DNA of 64,000 nucleotides from Planktothrix sp. GU0601_MAG3. GTDB lineage: Bacteria > Cyanobacteriota > Cyanobacteriia > Cyanobacteriales > Microcoleaceae. The position numbers and the translations under genes were made by a program. A model generated the notes under the pieces. It saw only the letters and a list, made by a program, of their open reading frames with translations, made no database searches and had not been told where the DNA came from. Below are positions 11,242 through 21,833 of this stretch, one piece after another (the first letter of the stretch is position 1; every line of letters begins with the position of its first letter). The stretch is taken from contig CP136572.1 of the NCBI GenBank assembly GCA_035193785.1, forward strand, positions 3,828,578 through 3,892,577, given 5' to 3'.

Positions 11242-13771
11242 GTGCGAGACGTTCCTGCCAAAGTCTAGGAACAAACCCCGAAACGCAAGCAGGGAAACAG
11301 GTTTAGGCAATTGGTAACTGGTAATCAAACCAATAATAAATCCAATCAGGCCTGTCTTAACTTTGAAAATGTAACCCTAAAGGAGGGTTAATCTCGGAGT
11401 CAATGGTGCGGCTTTCCGAACGATAAAAGTACGACAGCCCATTCCAAAGAGATTCGGCAATTCCCACAGTGCCAGACTGATTATCAAAACACTGAAGCTG
11501 GGAGTAACGGGAAAACGGATTTAAGTCAAAATCTAAGAATTTCTCTAGCCAATTGCCCAAGAATAACGAAAGTAAACATCCGTCTTGAACTGTCGTAAAA
11601 ATTAAGTAGCGAAATTGACTTGATTACGCTGCGTTCAAAAGAACAAGGGGAAAGGTAGGGGGCTCAATAAACCCTCTATAAAAGGTAAGGTTAATTCCGT
11701 ATAACACTTACTAAGACTCCCAAAAGTACCCCGGCAGATAGGATGATTCTACAGGCAATAATCCCATTTTCAAGGAACGTTAAAACCCCTCATGTACTCC
11801 TACAGAGGTCGAAGACTGTTAGGTAGCCACAAATCTAAGGCGGATGTTATGAGGGCGAAAGATGGAACTCAGAAGCCAAAGCCTAAATGTAATGTTTAGG
11901 ATACGCTGATAGAGTCCGGTTTAGTTGTTAGGTAAAGTTGTGATTAGTGGTTCAAACGGTGAAAACGAGTATAACCAAGACTACGGATACATGGAATTCT
12001 ATCAATTGGGCGAAAGTCCAACGGATAGTATTCAAGCTACAAAAACGAATTTACCAGGCATCATTATCGGGACAAAATGCAAAGGCTCGAAAGCTCCAAA
12101 AACTTCTAGTCAAGTCATATTACGCCAAACTCCTATCAATAAGAAGGGTTACTCAAGATAATCAAGGCAAGAAAACAGCCGGGGTTGATGGAATTAAATC
12201 TATTACACCTAAACAACGGTTAGAAACTAGCCCAAAACCTGAGTAATCACCAAAAGGCAAAACCACTCCGCAGGAAATGGATACCCAAACCTAACGGGGA
12301 AAAACGTCCTCTAGGTATACCGACTATAAACGATAGAGTCAGGCAAGCCTTGGTGAAATCTGCATTAGAACCTCAATGGGAAGCTAGATTCGAGGGTGAA
12401 AGTTACGGGTTTAGACCCGGACGTTCAGCCCACGATGCGATGTCACGAATCTTCCAAAGCATCAATAAAGGTGAATATTACATCCTAGATGCCGACATCT
12501 CAAAGTGTTTTGACCAGATTAATCATGATTACCTACTGTCCAAAATTGATTGTCCATCAACAATAAAAGCTCAAATCAGACAATGGTTAAAAGCTGGAGT
12601 GATGGATAACGGCATATTTGAAGCAACAGAGGCAGTCACTCCCCAAGGAGGGGTCATCAGTCCTTTACTTGCTAACATCGCACTGGATGGAATGATTGAG
12701 TTAATTAAACACAAATTCCCTAAAAAGAATAACCGCGTTCAAGCTCAAGTCATCAGATATGCCGATGATTTCGTTGTGATTAGTCCACAATTAGAAATCA
12801 TACAACAGTGCCTAATTGCTATCGAAGAATGGTTAAAACCAATTGGGCTAGAACTGAAACCAGCCAAAACCCGAATCTGTCACACACTGAGAGAAATCGA
12901 AGTAAAAGACGAAAAGGTACAACCAGGATTCGATTTTCTAGGTTGGAATTTCCGACAATATCCAGTTGGTAAACACCATTGTGGTACAACAGGAGGAAAC
13001 ACCCAAAAATTAGGATTTAAAACCCTAATTAAACCTAGTAAAAAGGCAATTAAAGCTCACGCGGATAAAGTGAAAGAAGTGATTAAAACCCACAAAACTG
13101 CACCTCAATACGCATTAATCAAACGCCTAAATCCAGTCATAAGAGGATGGTGTAACTACCATTCCAAAGCTGTTTCCAAAGAAACATTTTCCTTTTTAGA
13201 CCATAATACATGGCTGAGATTAAGAGCATGGACAGTTAGCCGATGTGGTAAAGCAGGTTACAAAAATCTGAAACATTATTTCAAAAAGAACGGTAATAGA
13301 ACATGGAATTTTGAAACCCAAAAAGGTTACAGATTACTTACCCATGCAGAAACACCTATCATCCGTCATGTAACCGTAAGACCTGAAGCATCACCCTATG
13401 ACGGAAACTGGATATATTGGAGTACAAGAAAAGGAACATCTTATGATGTCCCAAAACGAGTAGCAATTTTGCTCAAAAAGCAAAAAGGCAAATGTAATTT
13501 CTGTGGACAATACTTTACCCCAGAAGATATTGCAGAAATCGACCATATCATCCCCACGTCACTAGGCGGTAAAGATGAATATAAAAATCTGCAATTATTA
13601 CATCGCCATTGTCACGATACTAAAACGGCAACTGATGGGTCGTACAACCCAAAAGAAACCGGATGTTCTGATGAAAACAGTCAACTAGACTAGGAGCCGT
13701 GTGCGATGAAAGTCGCAAGCACGGTTTCTGAATGGGAGGTAAGGGTTGTAAAGCCTTCATCGACCCCTAAT
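11242..13771 (+). mobile_element. Group II intron (IIB, chloroplast-like lineage)
   Basis: 5' GTGCG at 11242; EBS1 TCCGTA (11696-11701) pairs with IBS1 TACGGA (11236-11241); domain V GAGCCGTGTGCGATGAAAGTCGCAAGCACGGTT from 13694; domain VI ends CCCTAAT. Confidence 0.92.
11947..13693 (+). CDS. ltrA: Group II intron reverse transcriptase/maturase with HNH endonuclease (one frameshift near 12225)
   Basis: WIPKPNGEKRPLGIP, SYGFRPGRS, PQGGVISPLLANI, YADD, LNPVIRGWCNY, EIDHIIP...NLQLLHRHCH. Confidence 0.93.
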
Positions 13772-13792
13772 AGTTAGCAAAACTTAAGTTTT

Positions 13793-14110
13793 ATGAGCAA
13801 ACCCGCCGTGAATTCGTTTTTTGTAGGCCGTGCCTTAGCTGAAGGACTGTACGAACAACTGGGAAATAGTCTGACCAACGCTCTGAGTGAACTAGGAAAA
13901 TTTGAAGCCGAACAGAAAGAGCATCTACGACAGTTTACCCAACAGGTGATGGAACACGCCTCCCAAGAAGTGGCAAACGTTGTTGGCGACAGTAGCTTTC
14001 CCGCATCTAACAGTGAATCCGTGGACTTACAAGCCACCATTGACGAACTGCGGGCAGAAGTTGCAGAATTACGCTCCGAACTGCAAAAATATCGCAATCG
14101 TACCGTTTAA
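13793..14110 (+). CDS. Conserved cyanobacterial coiled-coil protein (DUF6825-like)
   Basis: FFVGRALAE...LQATIDELRAEVAELRSELQ; usual neighbour of the ABC1 kinase. Confidence 0.7.
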   Translation: MSKPAVNSFFVGRALAEGLYEQLGNSLTNALSELGKFEAEQKEHLRQFTQQVMEHASQEVANVVGDSSFPASNSESVDLQATIDELRAEVAELRSELQKYRNRTV

Positions 14111-14154
14111 ACTCTTTTGTAGTCAAAATAAGCGCTTATTGGGTTAACTTCATT

Positions 14155-15931
14155 GTGGAAACGGTTGTGTCAGTTCCTGTTGATCATTCGATTCGTGGTT
14201 CCGGTTCAGAGCCACGAATAAATCCGCCTTTAGTCACTCCTCCAGGCAAAAATTATGGAGGCAAAGCCTACCGTTGGAACCGCAAAAATTATTCCCGTCA
14301 ACGACGTTTTATTGATATTTGGACGTTTGTTCTGACGTGGTTAACTTGGTTGTGGGTCGATGGTAAAAAATGGAGTTACTGGGGCGGTTTTACTGAAGAT
14401 AAAAAAAATGCTCGTCGTCGAGCGCAAGCGATTTGGGTGAGGGAAACTTTTTTAGATTTGGGGCCAACTTTTATTAAAGTCGGACAATTGTTTTCCACCC
14501 GGGCGGATTTATTCCCCGTTGAATATGTAGAAGAACTTTCCAAACTTCAAGATAAAGTTCCCGCCTTCAGCCATGAACAAAGTGAAGAAATTATCCAAGA
14601 AGATCTGGGTAAAACCGTTCACGATTTATTCCAGAATTTTGATCCAATTCCCTTAGCTGCGGCGAGTTTAGGTCAGGTTCACAAAGCCCAACTCCATTCG
14701 GGGGCGGATGTGGTGGTGAAAGTTCAGCGCCCGGGACTGAAAAAATTATTTGAAATTGACCTAGCAATTTTGCGAGGGATTGCTCGTTACTTCCAAAATC
14801 ATCCCCGTTGGGGAAAAGGTCGAGATTGGGAAGGAATTTATGATGAATGTTGTCGGATTTTATGGTTAGAAATTGACTACCTGAATGAAGGTCGAAATGC
14901 CGATACCTTTAGGCGGAATTTCCGTAGTTGTGATTGGGTAAAAGTGCCGAGGGTTTCTTGGCAATATACCTCCCCCCGAGTTCTGACCTTAGAATATCTT
15001 CCCGGAATTAAAATTAGTAATTATGAAGCCTTAGAAGCATCGGGACTTGATCGGAAAGAACTGGCACAAATGGGGGCAAAAGCCTATTTAGAACAACTCC
15101 TCAACCATGGCTTTTTCCATGCTGACCCCCATCCGGGTAATATTGCGGTGAGTCCCGGGGGGGAACTGATTTTCTATGATTTTGGCATGATGGGACAAAT
15201 TACTTCCAATCTGCGGGAAAAACTCATGGAAACCCTATTTGGCATCACTCAAAAAGATGGCGACCGGGTAGTTAAATCCCTAATTGCCATGGGAGCGATC
15301 GCCCCCACCGGAGATATCGGGCCAGTGCGGCGGTCGGTTCAGTATATGCTGGACAACTTTATGAATCAACCCTTTGAAAATCAATCCATTGCCACCATTA
15401 GCGATGATTTGTATGAAATTGCTTATGACCAACCCTTTCGTTTTCCCGCAACCTTTACCTTTGTAATGCGGGCATTTTCCACTTTAGAAGGAGTCGGAAA
15501 AGGACTCGACCCAGAATTTAACTTTATGGAGGTGGCACAGCCGTTTGCCATGCAGCTTATGTCTAATGGAAATCTTCCCAATACTGCCAATAGTATTTTT
15601 AATGAATTCAGTCGCCAAGCGGTTTCAAGTCAGTTCCTCGGCCTTCGGTTTACCCGGACGCATTGAAGATACCCTCGAGAAACTCGAACAGGGAGACCTG
15701 CGAATGCGGGTTCGCCTAGCGGAAACCGACCGGGCGTTAAGACGGGTGAGTAATGTGCAAATGGGGACGAATTACACCGTCTTGATCGCCGCTTTGACTC
15801 TATCGGCGACACTCTTATTCATTAGTGATAAAGTGGGATTAGCTCTGTTTGTAGTATTCTTAGCTGTTGCTCTGGGGATTGCTTTCTTGAGGCTGTTACG
15901 ACGGATTGATCGTTTGGATCGGATGATGTAA
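14155..15931 (+). CDS. AarF/ABC1/UbiB-family kinase (frameshifted near 15625)
   Basis: LGPTFIKVGQ, AAASLGQVH, VKVQRPG, FHADPHPGN, YDFGM. Confidence 0.93.
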
Positions 15932-16048
15932 ATATCTCCGTGGCTCGTCATCTATTTTGTAACACTTCTTAATGATTCTCCGGGGTGGATATGGGAAAAT
16001 TTGAGAGCCCAACCCGCTTGGGAGTTAGAGGTCAATCTTTACTTGTTT

Positions 16049-16774
16049 ATGAAACGTTATTTTGCTGGAATGACGGATACGGGCAATGTTCGTAACGTCA
16101 ACCAAGATGCTTACTATATTGATCCTGATGGCCGTTTTTTTATTGTCGCCGATGGCATGGGTGGACACGCCGGCGGCCAGGAAGCCAGTCTGATTGCCAC
16201 TCAAACCATTAAAGAACACATTCTTGAGCGTTGGGATAGTTCTGACGAATCCCAAACTATCCTCAAAAATGCGTTTGTCGCTGCCAACCGGGCACTTTTA
16301 GAGGATCAGCAAAAACATCCTGAACGCTCAGATATGGGAACCACGGCAGTTGTGGCCCTATTCCGAGATCTCGATAGTCCTTGGTTTGCGAATGTCGGGG
16401 ATTCCCGTTTATATCGTTTACGCGGACATCAATTAGAACAAATTACAGAGGATCAAACCTGGGTCGCCCAAGCCGTTAAATCCTCCCGTATCACCCAAGA
16501 TGAAGCTCGCACCCATCCTTGGCGTCATGTTTTGTCCCAGTGTTTGGGACGCGAAGATCTCTCGGAAATTAGTATTGACCAGATGGGTGTCCAGTCGGGA
16601 GATCGTCTATTATTATGTAGTGATGGTCTGACCGAGGAACTCTCGGACGGGATTATTGCTTCCCATCTCAAATCAATTCGAGCCTGCGATGCCGCAGCCA
16701 CCACCCTAATTAAAGCTGCCAAGGATCGGGAGGGCAAGGATAATATTACGGTGATTGTGGTCGCGATTGATTAA
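16049..16774 (+). CDS. PP2C-family Ser/Thr phosphatase
   Basis: [30 protein letters not shown]. Confidence 0.93.
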   Translation: MKRYFAGMTDTGNVRNVNQDAYYIDPDGRFFIVADGMGGHAGGQEASLIATQTIKEHILERWDSSDESQTILKNAFVAANRALLEDQQKHPERSDMGTTAVVALFRDLDSPWFANVGDSRLYRLRGHQLEQITEDQTWVAQAVKSSRITQDEARTHPWRHVLSQCLGREDLSEISIDQMGVQSGDRLLLCSDGLTEELSDGIIASHLKSIRACDAAATTLIKAAKDREGKDNITVIVVAID

Positions 16775-16791
16775 ATACCAGAGTTAATCCC

Positions 16792-17950
16792 ATGCGTGTG
16801 ATTGGTTTGATCAGTGGAACTTCGGTGGATGGGATTGACGGGGCCCTGGTGGAGATTTCGGGTTCCCCAAAAGATGGGCAGTTAGAACTCCTGGCAGGGA
16901 AGACCTTTCCCTATCCGGCAGAGTTGCGATCGCAAATTTTAGACGTATGCGGTGGAAAGCCCCTATCCATGCCCGAACTGGCTGCATTAGACGATGCGAT
17001 CGCCACGGTTTTTGCCGATGCAGCTTTAAGTTTACAACAGTCCTCTGAATCGGCGGAACTCATTGGCTCCCATGGTCAAACGGTGTTTCATCGTCCCCCC
17101 CAAGGTGATCAACTAGGTTACAGCCTACAACTGGGACGGGGAGAGGTGATCGCCCAGTTAACGGGTTTAACCACCGTTAGCAATTTTCGGGTCGCGGATA
17201 TCGCCGCCGGAGGTCACGGCGCCCCCCTAGTTTCCGATTCTCGATACCTATTTCCTCCGCCATCCCCAATACCATCGCTGCATTCAAAATCTGGGAGGCA
17301 TTGGTAATGTAACTTATCTTCCCAAAACCGATCACCCCATTTTAGGCTGGGACACTGGGCCGGGAAATGCTTTAATAGATTTGGCTGTCCAGTATTTTTC
17401 TGAGGGGGCTCAAACATACGACCGGGATGGGGCTTGGGCGGCGACGGGAACCCCCTGTATCGCCTTAGTTGAACGGTGGTTACAGCAGGATTTTTTTCAA
17501 CAACCGCCCCCAAAATCGACGGGACGGGAACTATTTGGGGCGGACTATTGGCAAAGCTGTTTCAGGGAAGCTGAACCCTATAATTTAAGTCCGGCGGATC
17601 TTTTAGCCACCTTAACGGAATTAACTGCCGTTTCAATTCATCACAGTTATCACCAATTTTTACCCCAGTTACCCGAGCAGATTCTATTATGTGGGGGAGG
17701 TAGCCATAACCAATATTTACAACAGCGTTTACAAACTTTATTTGCCCCAATTCCCGTTTTTTCCACTTCCGAACTCGGCTTAAATGCTGATTTTAAAGAA
17801 GCGATCACTTTTGCGGTTTTAGCCTATTGGCGACTATTGGAAATTCCGGGAAATTTACCCTCGGTAACGGGTGCGGTTTCAGAAGTTTTATTGGGAGAAA
17901 TTCACCCGGTCTTGACTCCTAATGTGATACGATCCCGATCAATAACTTAA
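16792..17950 (+). CDS. anmK: Anhydro-N-acetylmuramic acid kinase (frameshifted)
   Basis: [45 protein letters not shown]. Confidence 0.93.
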
Positions 17951-17994
17951 ATCGACAAAATTTTTTCAATCTTGGTGCAAATAAGGATGGCACT

Positions 17995-18444
17995 GTGGCT
18001 CACACGTTCTTGATGGAATCTGGTCAATGGTTATTAGAAGGAAATTGGATTGATCGGGGTCAAATGCCAATTGCCCTTCGCGGAAAAACGGTGGTTGCTT
18101 GGCATCAAAGCGACTGGTTCAGCATGGTGACAAAATTAGTTTTTCCGAACAGCGACAATGAAGATATTATCCTGCAATATCGAGGACGACTAGATAGCAA
18201 CGAGAGAGAATATACTTTTGTTTTACAACATAGTCAACTGGGAAAAATCGAGGGGGAGGGTTTAATTAGCCCCGAATCGATCGTCCAACGTTATCGGGTT
18301 TTAGGAGATGAACGTCAACGTCGGAATGGCTTCGATACCATCAGAAAAGTCGATTCTAGCCACTACTATTATTGCAGTGGAATGATGGCGGGGCATTCTT
18401 TGAATTTAATTAGTGTTATGGAAGCGACCCTAGAACGGAAATAA
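17995..18444 (+). CDS. Conserved hypothetical protein
   Basis: 149-aa ORF co-oriented with anmK, beta-rich composition. Confidence 0.75.
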   Translation: MAHTFLMESGQWLLEGNWIDRGQMPIALRGKTVVAWHQSDWFSMVTKLVFPNSDNEDIILQYRGRLDSNEREYTFVLQHSQLGKIEGEGLISPESIVQRYRVLGDERQRRNGFDTIRKVDSSHYYYCSGMMAGHSLNLISVMEATLERK

Positions 18445-18536
18445 TAGTTTAGGGTTAATTTTGAATATTATTTTAACCCAACCCGAGTCGATGCCCCATC
18501 CGTAACCTTAACTTGTTTCCGAGCGACGGAAAAAAG

Positions 18537-18773
18537 TCAAAAATAGAGGTCGCCGCCGATAAACCCTTCAAGATCTACTCCTGGGCAAAATTGGGTTTCT
18601 AGTCCCCAATGGTGTTTGAGAAAATGTTGATACATATTTTCTCTGACCATCATGTGTTCATAGAGGTTAATTAAAAATTCCTGAGCCTGCTCTGGACTCA
18701 TTTGACCGACTTGCATTTTGAAGGAGGTGAGGTTGAATTGTTGCTCAAGAGATAACTTTGCGGGTTGGTTCAT
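18537..18773 (-). CDS. nblA: Phycobilisome degradation protein NblA
   Basis: LSLEQQFNL..F..QV..MS.EQAQEFL..LY..MM.REN. Confidence 0.92.
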   Translation of the reverse strand: MNQPAKLSLEQQFNLTSFKMQVGQMSPEQAQEFLINLYEHMMVRENMYQHFLKHHWGLETQFCPGVDLEGFIGGDLYF

Positions 18774-18798
18774 GGCTGACTCCTACGGGTTCTCTAGT

Positions 18799-18816
18799 AT
18801 TGTTAACAAGTGTAAC
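18799..18816 (-). promoter_or_regulatory. HLR1-like (RpaB) direct repeat upstream of nblA
   Basis: Minus strand GTTACACT-TG-TTAACAAT, imperfect match to (G/T)TTACA(T/A)(T/A)-N2 repeat. Confidence 0.4.
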
Positions 18817-18867
18817 AAGTATTTGACAAATTGTCCACTACCTTCTAGGAAGATAGGTGTTGTTATG

Positions 18868-18908
18868 AAGATAGCAAATATTTTTAGAGATGGTGTAGCA
18901 CAGGATAC
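18868..18908 (-). promoter_or_regulatory. NtcA-activated promoter for nblA
   Basis: GTA-N8-TAC at 18895-18908, then 21 nt to TATCTT with an extended -10 TGn on the minus strand. Confidence 0.75.
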
Positions 18909-19065
18909 GAGTTTTAACTACAACCCCTCAAGATCCCAAGACTCAAGGGGAATTGAGGACTTATTAATTGCGGAATCCTTTAATTTGGATGTGTTAAAGT
19001 AATATAGAGGATTTGAAAATCTTATAGGTTTTTGATATTTGACTCATAAGGATGTGTAATTCAAG

Positions 19066-19290
19066 ATGACTCTTTCTCAGACTAATCAACCCAAGCACTT
19101 ATGGAGTCGATTCCGTTTCCTGTCCTACGGTGTACTCGGTCTTCTGATTTTCTATTTCAATTCGACTTGGGATTCTAATATTTTTGTTAAAGGATATTTA
19201 ACACTCATAGAAGTACAAACTTCTCTGGTTTTGTTATACTTTATGATAGCTAGGCTTTCCAAAAGCCCCACCCGCAAAATTGATCTTTAA
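19066..19290 (+). CDS. Small membrane protein
   Basis: 74 aa with two hydrophobic segments. Confidence 0.55.
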   Translation: MTLSQTNQPKHLWSRFRFLSYGVLGLLIFYFNSTWDSNIFVKGYLTLIEVQTSLVLLYFMIARLSKSPTRKIDL

Positions 19291-19349
19291 TTCCTACTGA
19301 TCTAACCTATATTAGTCTTTTGAATATTTGAAATTCAGGAGAAAACCTA

Positions 19350-19697
19350 ATGAAAAATAAATTCTTAGCCGCTTTACTCGCTTTCTTTTTAGGTGCATTG
19401 GGGATTCATAAGTTTTATTTAGGGGAAAATTTTGGGGGACTTCTCTATCTCCTATTTTCCTGGACTTTTATTCCCGCTATTCTTGCCTTCTTTGATTTTC
19501 TGGGTTTATTATTAATGTCTGAGCAAACCTTTAATGCTAAATTTAATCCCGGTTTTTACAATGCAACTTTAAACGGGACTAATTCTCGTCAGGATGTGAC
19601 GACCGCCATTGCCCAATTGAAAAAACTCTATGATCAAGATGCGATTACCGCCGAAGAATATGAAGAAAAACGTCGCAAATTATTAAATGAATTGTAA
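19350..19697 (+). CDS. TM2/NINE domain protein with C-terminal SHOCT
   Basis: KNKFLAALLAFFLGALGIHKFYLG; LKKLYDQDAITAEEYEEKRRKLL. Confidence 0.88.
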   Translation: MKNKFLAALLAFFLGALGIHKFYLGENFGGLLYLLFSWTFIPAILAFFDFLGLLLMSEQTFNAKFNPGFYNATLNGTNSRQDVTTAIAQLKKLYDQDAITAEEYEEKRRKLLNEL

Positions 19698-19709
19698 ATA
19701 TTAATAGGA

Positions 19710-20424
19710 GTGACATTCAAGGTGTCTAATCTATCCCAATGGTTTCAGAAAACCCCGCAGTGGTTATACTGGTCTCTATTTCCCGTATTGGGAGGATTAG
19801 CCATTGTCTATGCGGGCAGTAAAACCAAAACCCAATCCTGGGTTTACACGGGTTTGGGGTTTGTGGCGGCGGCTTTTATCTTATCAAATAGTTTCTTTGA
19901 GTGGGATTATTTGGATTGCTCAAATTGCCACGGCGATCGCCCTAAAAAAAGAATTTCTAGCCAAAACCTATCCTAATTCTTTAACTAATTCCCAGGAATC
20001 ACAACTGATTAAATTAATTGCCAAACATCGAGATAAAATTGATATTAATAATTGTTCCAAACATGACCTAGTTCACAGCTTAGACTTACCGATTGTTTAT
20101 GCTAACGAAATTGAGGAAATGAAACGGGAAGGCTATAATTTTACCAGTTTAGAAGAACTTTCAGAATTAATTGGGATTCCCGAAGCCACTTTAACACGCA
20201 TTGAACCTCTGGTTTCATTTGGGTTTGATATTAATAGAGAAATTCATCATTCCTGGCGACGATTAAATGTTTTATCTATGGATGAATTAGTGAGTTTAGG
20301 ACTCCATCTCAATGCGGCTAAAATTATTGTTTTAGAACGTCAGCAACGTGGGGGTTATAAATCTTTCCTTGATTTCAAAAAACGGACAAAACTACCATTA
20401 CATATCTATCGCCATATTTTATGA
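19710..20424 (+). CDS. Membrane-anchored ComEA-like helix-hairpin-helix protein (frameshifted)
   Basis: N-terminal TM helices; KIDINNCS...FTSLEEL; RRLNVLS...RQQRGGYKSFLDFKKR. Confidence 0.75.
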
Positions 20425-20515
20425 TTAGGGCATTAAATTATGGTATTAGGCATTATTTATAATGTAATCAAAATTAAGATATTTTTTTAGTTTTTAGTTA
20501 TTTTGCTCTAAAACC

Positions 20516-21728
20516 ATGAGATATTTACAACAATCAACTCAACTTCATAAAAAATTCTCTGAGCAAGTCAATGAAAAGATTTTGGCTGATCGTAATAAAT
20601 TTACGCAATCTGTAAAAGATACTTTTAATAGTGATATTTTTGGAGATTTTGCTTCAGTGATATTTGATATCAAGCAATCTAAAAACCAATTTAAAGGTAA
20701 ATTAGGTGAAACAATCATCTCATTCCTATTAAAATCTTTACCTGATAGCTGGGTTATGTTTAGCAATGCACTGATTCCTACATCCTCTGGGAGATTAACA
20801 GAAATTGATCACTTAGTTATTGGTGCTGAGGGTATTTTTCTAATTGAAGTTAAAACTTGGAAAGGATCATATAGTGCTTACAAAGATCAATGGAAAATTC
20901 GAGATGGAAAGCACTGGGTTTCCTCTGTCTAAAAGTCCTAGTGAGCAAAGTCGATATCATCAGCAGGTTTTTACTGAATGGATTCACAAGCAAGTTGTTG
21001 ATTTACCGTCAGATTTTATAACCGCACCTGTTGTATTTACCTTAGCAAAGTGGATAGGAACTAATCAATGTTCTGTTCCGGTAGTCCAGGGAAGTGTAGC
21101 ATTACTAGAACTCTTACAAGATACACCAGTTCGTCTCAATTCTCAACAAATACAAGCAGTATCAGATGCGGTACAATATCTACCAAGTGATAATGCTATA
21201 GAACAAAAAACTTCAAAGCCAGAAATAGTAAAAAAGCCGAGAATAGAAATAGTCAAGCAGTCTAAAATAGAAATACTAGAAAGTAATGAATTGACGATTT
21301 TGAAACAAGCGACTAATGATGTCCTAAATTGGTTAAAAAATTTACCTCAAACTTTAGATATACAAAGAGTTGAAACACTACCCGAATATAAATCAAAACA
21401 AATCGATTTATTATTAACAACAAACAAAGGAATTTTTAAAATAAAAATAAAACCTGATCAATGGGATAAAACAGAAAACTTTTTCTTAGAAGCAAATCCT
21501 TTAGGATATTTTATGATTAGTGAAGCTGATTGGTTATTTTATTACTTTATGAATCCTCGTTTACTATATCTTTTACCGCTACCAGAAACACGAAATTGGC
21601 TTAAAGATAACCTTAATCAATTTCCTTCAAAAATTATTGAAAATGAAAACTATAAAACTATCGGAAAATCAGTAAAAATTCATACCGTTATGGAAAATAT
21701 TAATGAAGCTAGGATGATTCAGTTATAA
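20516..21728 (+). CDS. NERD nuclease fused to a second PD-(D/E)XK-like domain (frameshift near 20920)
   Basis: GKLGE...EIDHLVIGAEGIFLIEVKTWKG...SPSEQ; C-terminal IDLLLTT..KIKIKPD..TENFFLE. Confidence 0.75.
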
Positions 21729-21833
21729 TAAACTGACTGTAATTAGGTAGGGTGTGTAAGCAACGCTCGCGCACCATTGGCTAAACTTAATTTTGAGGTT
21801 TGCAATACAAACAAATGATGAGCGTAGCACATC

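Noticed and set aside
11947..13693. RT as a retron partner of the ATPase/HNH pair
   Set aside because: It has maturase and HNH domains plus intron domains V and VI, and lies 39 kb from the pair
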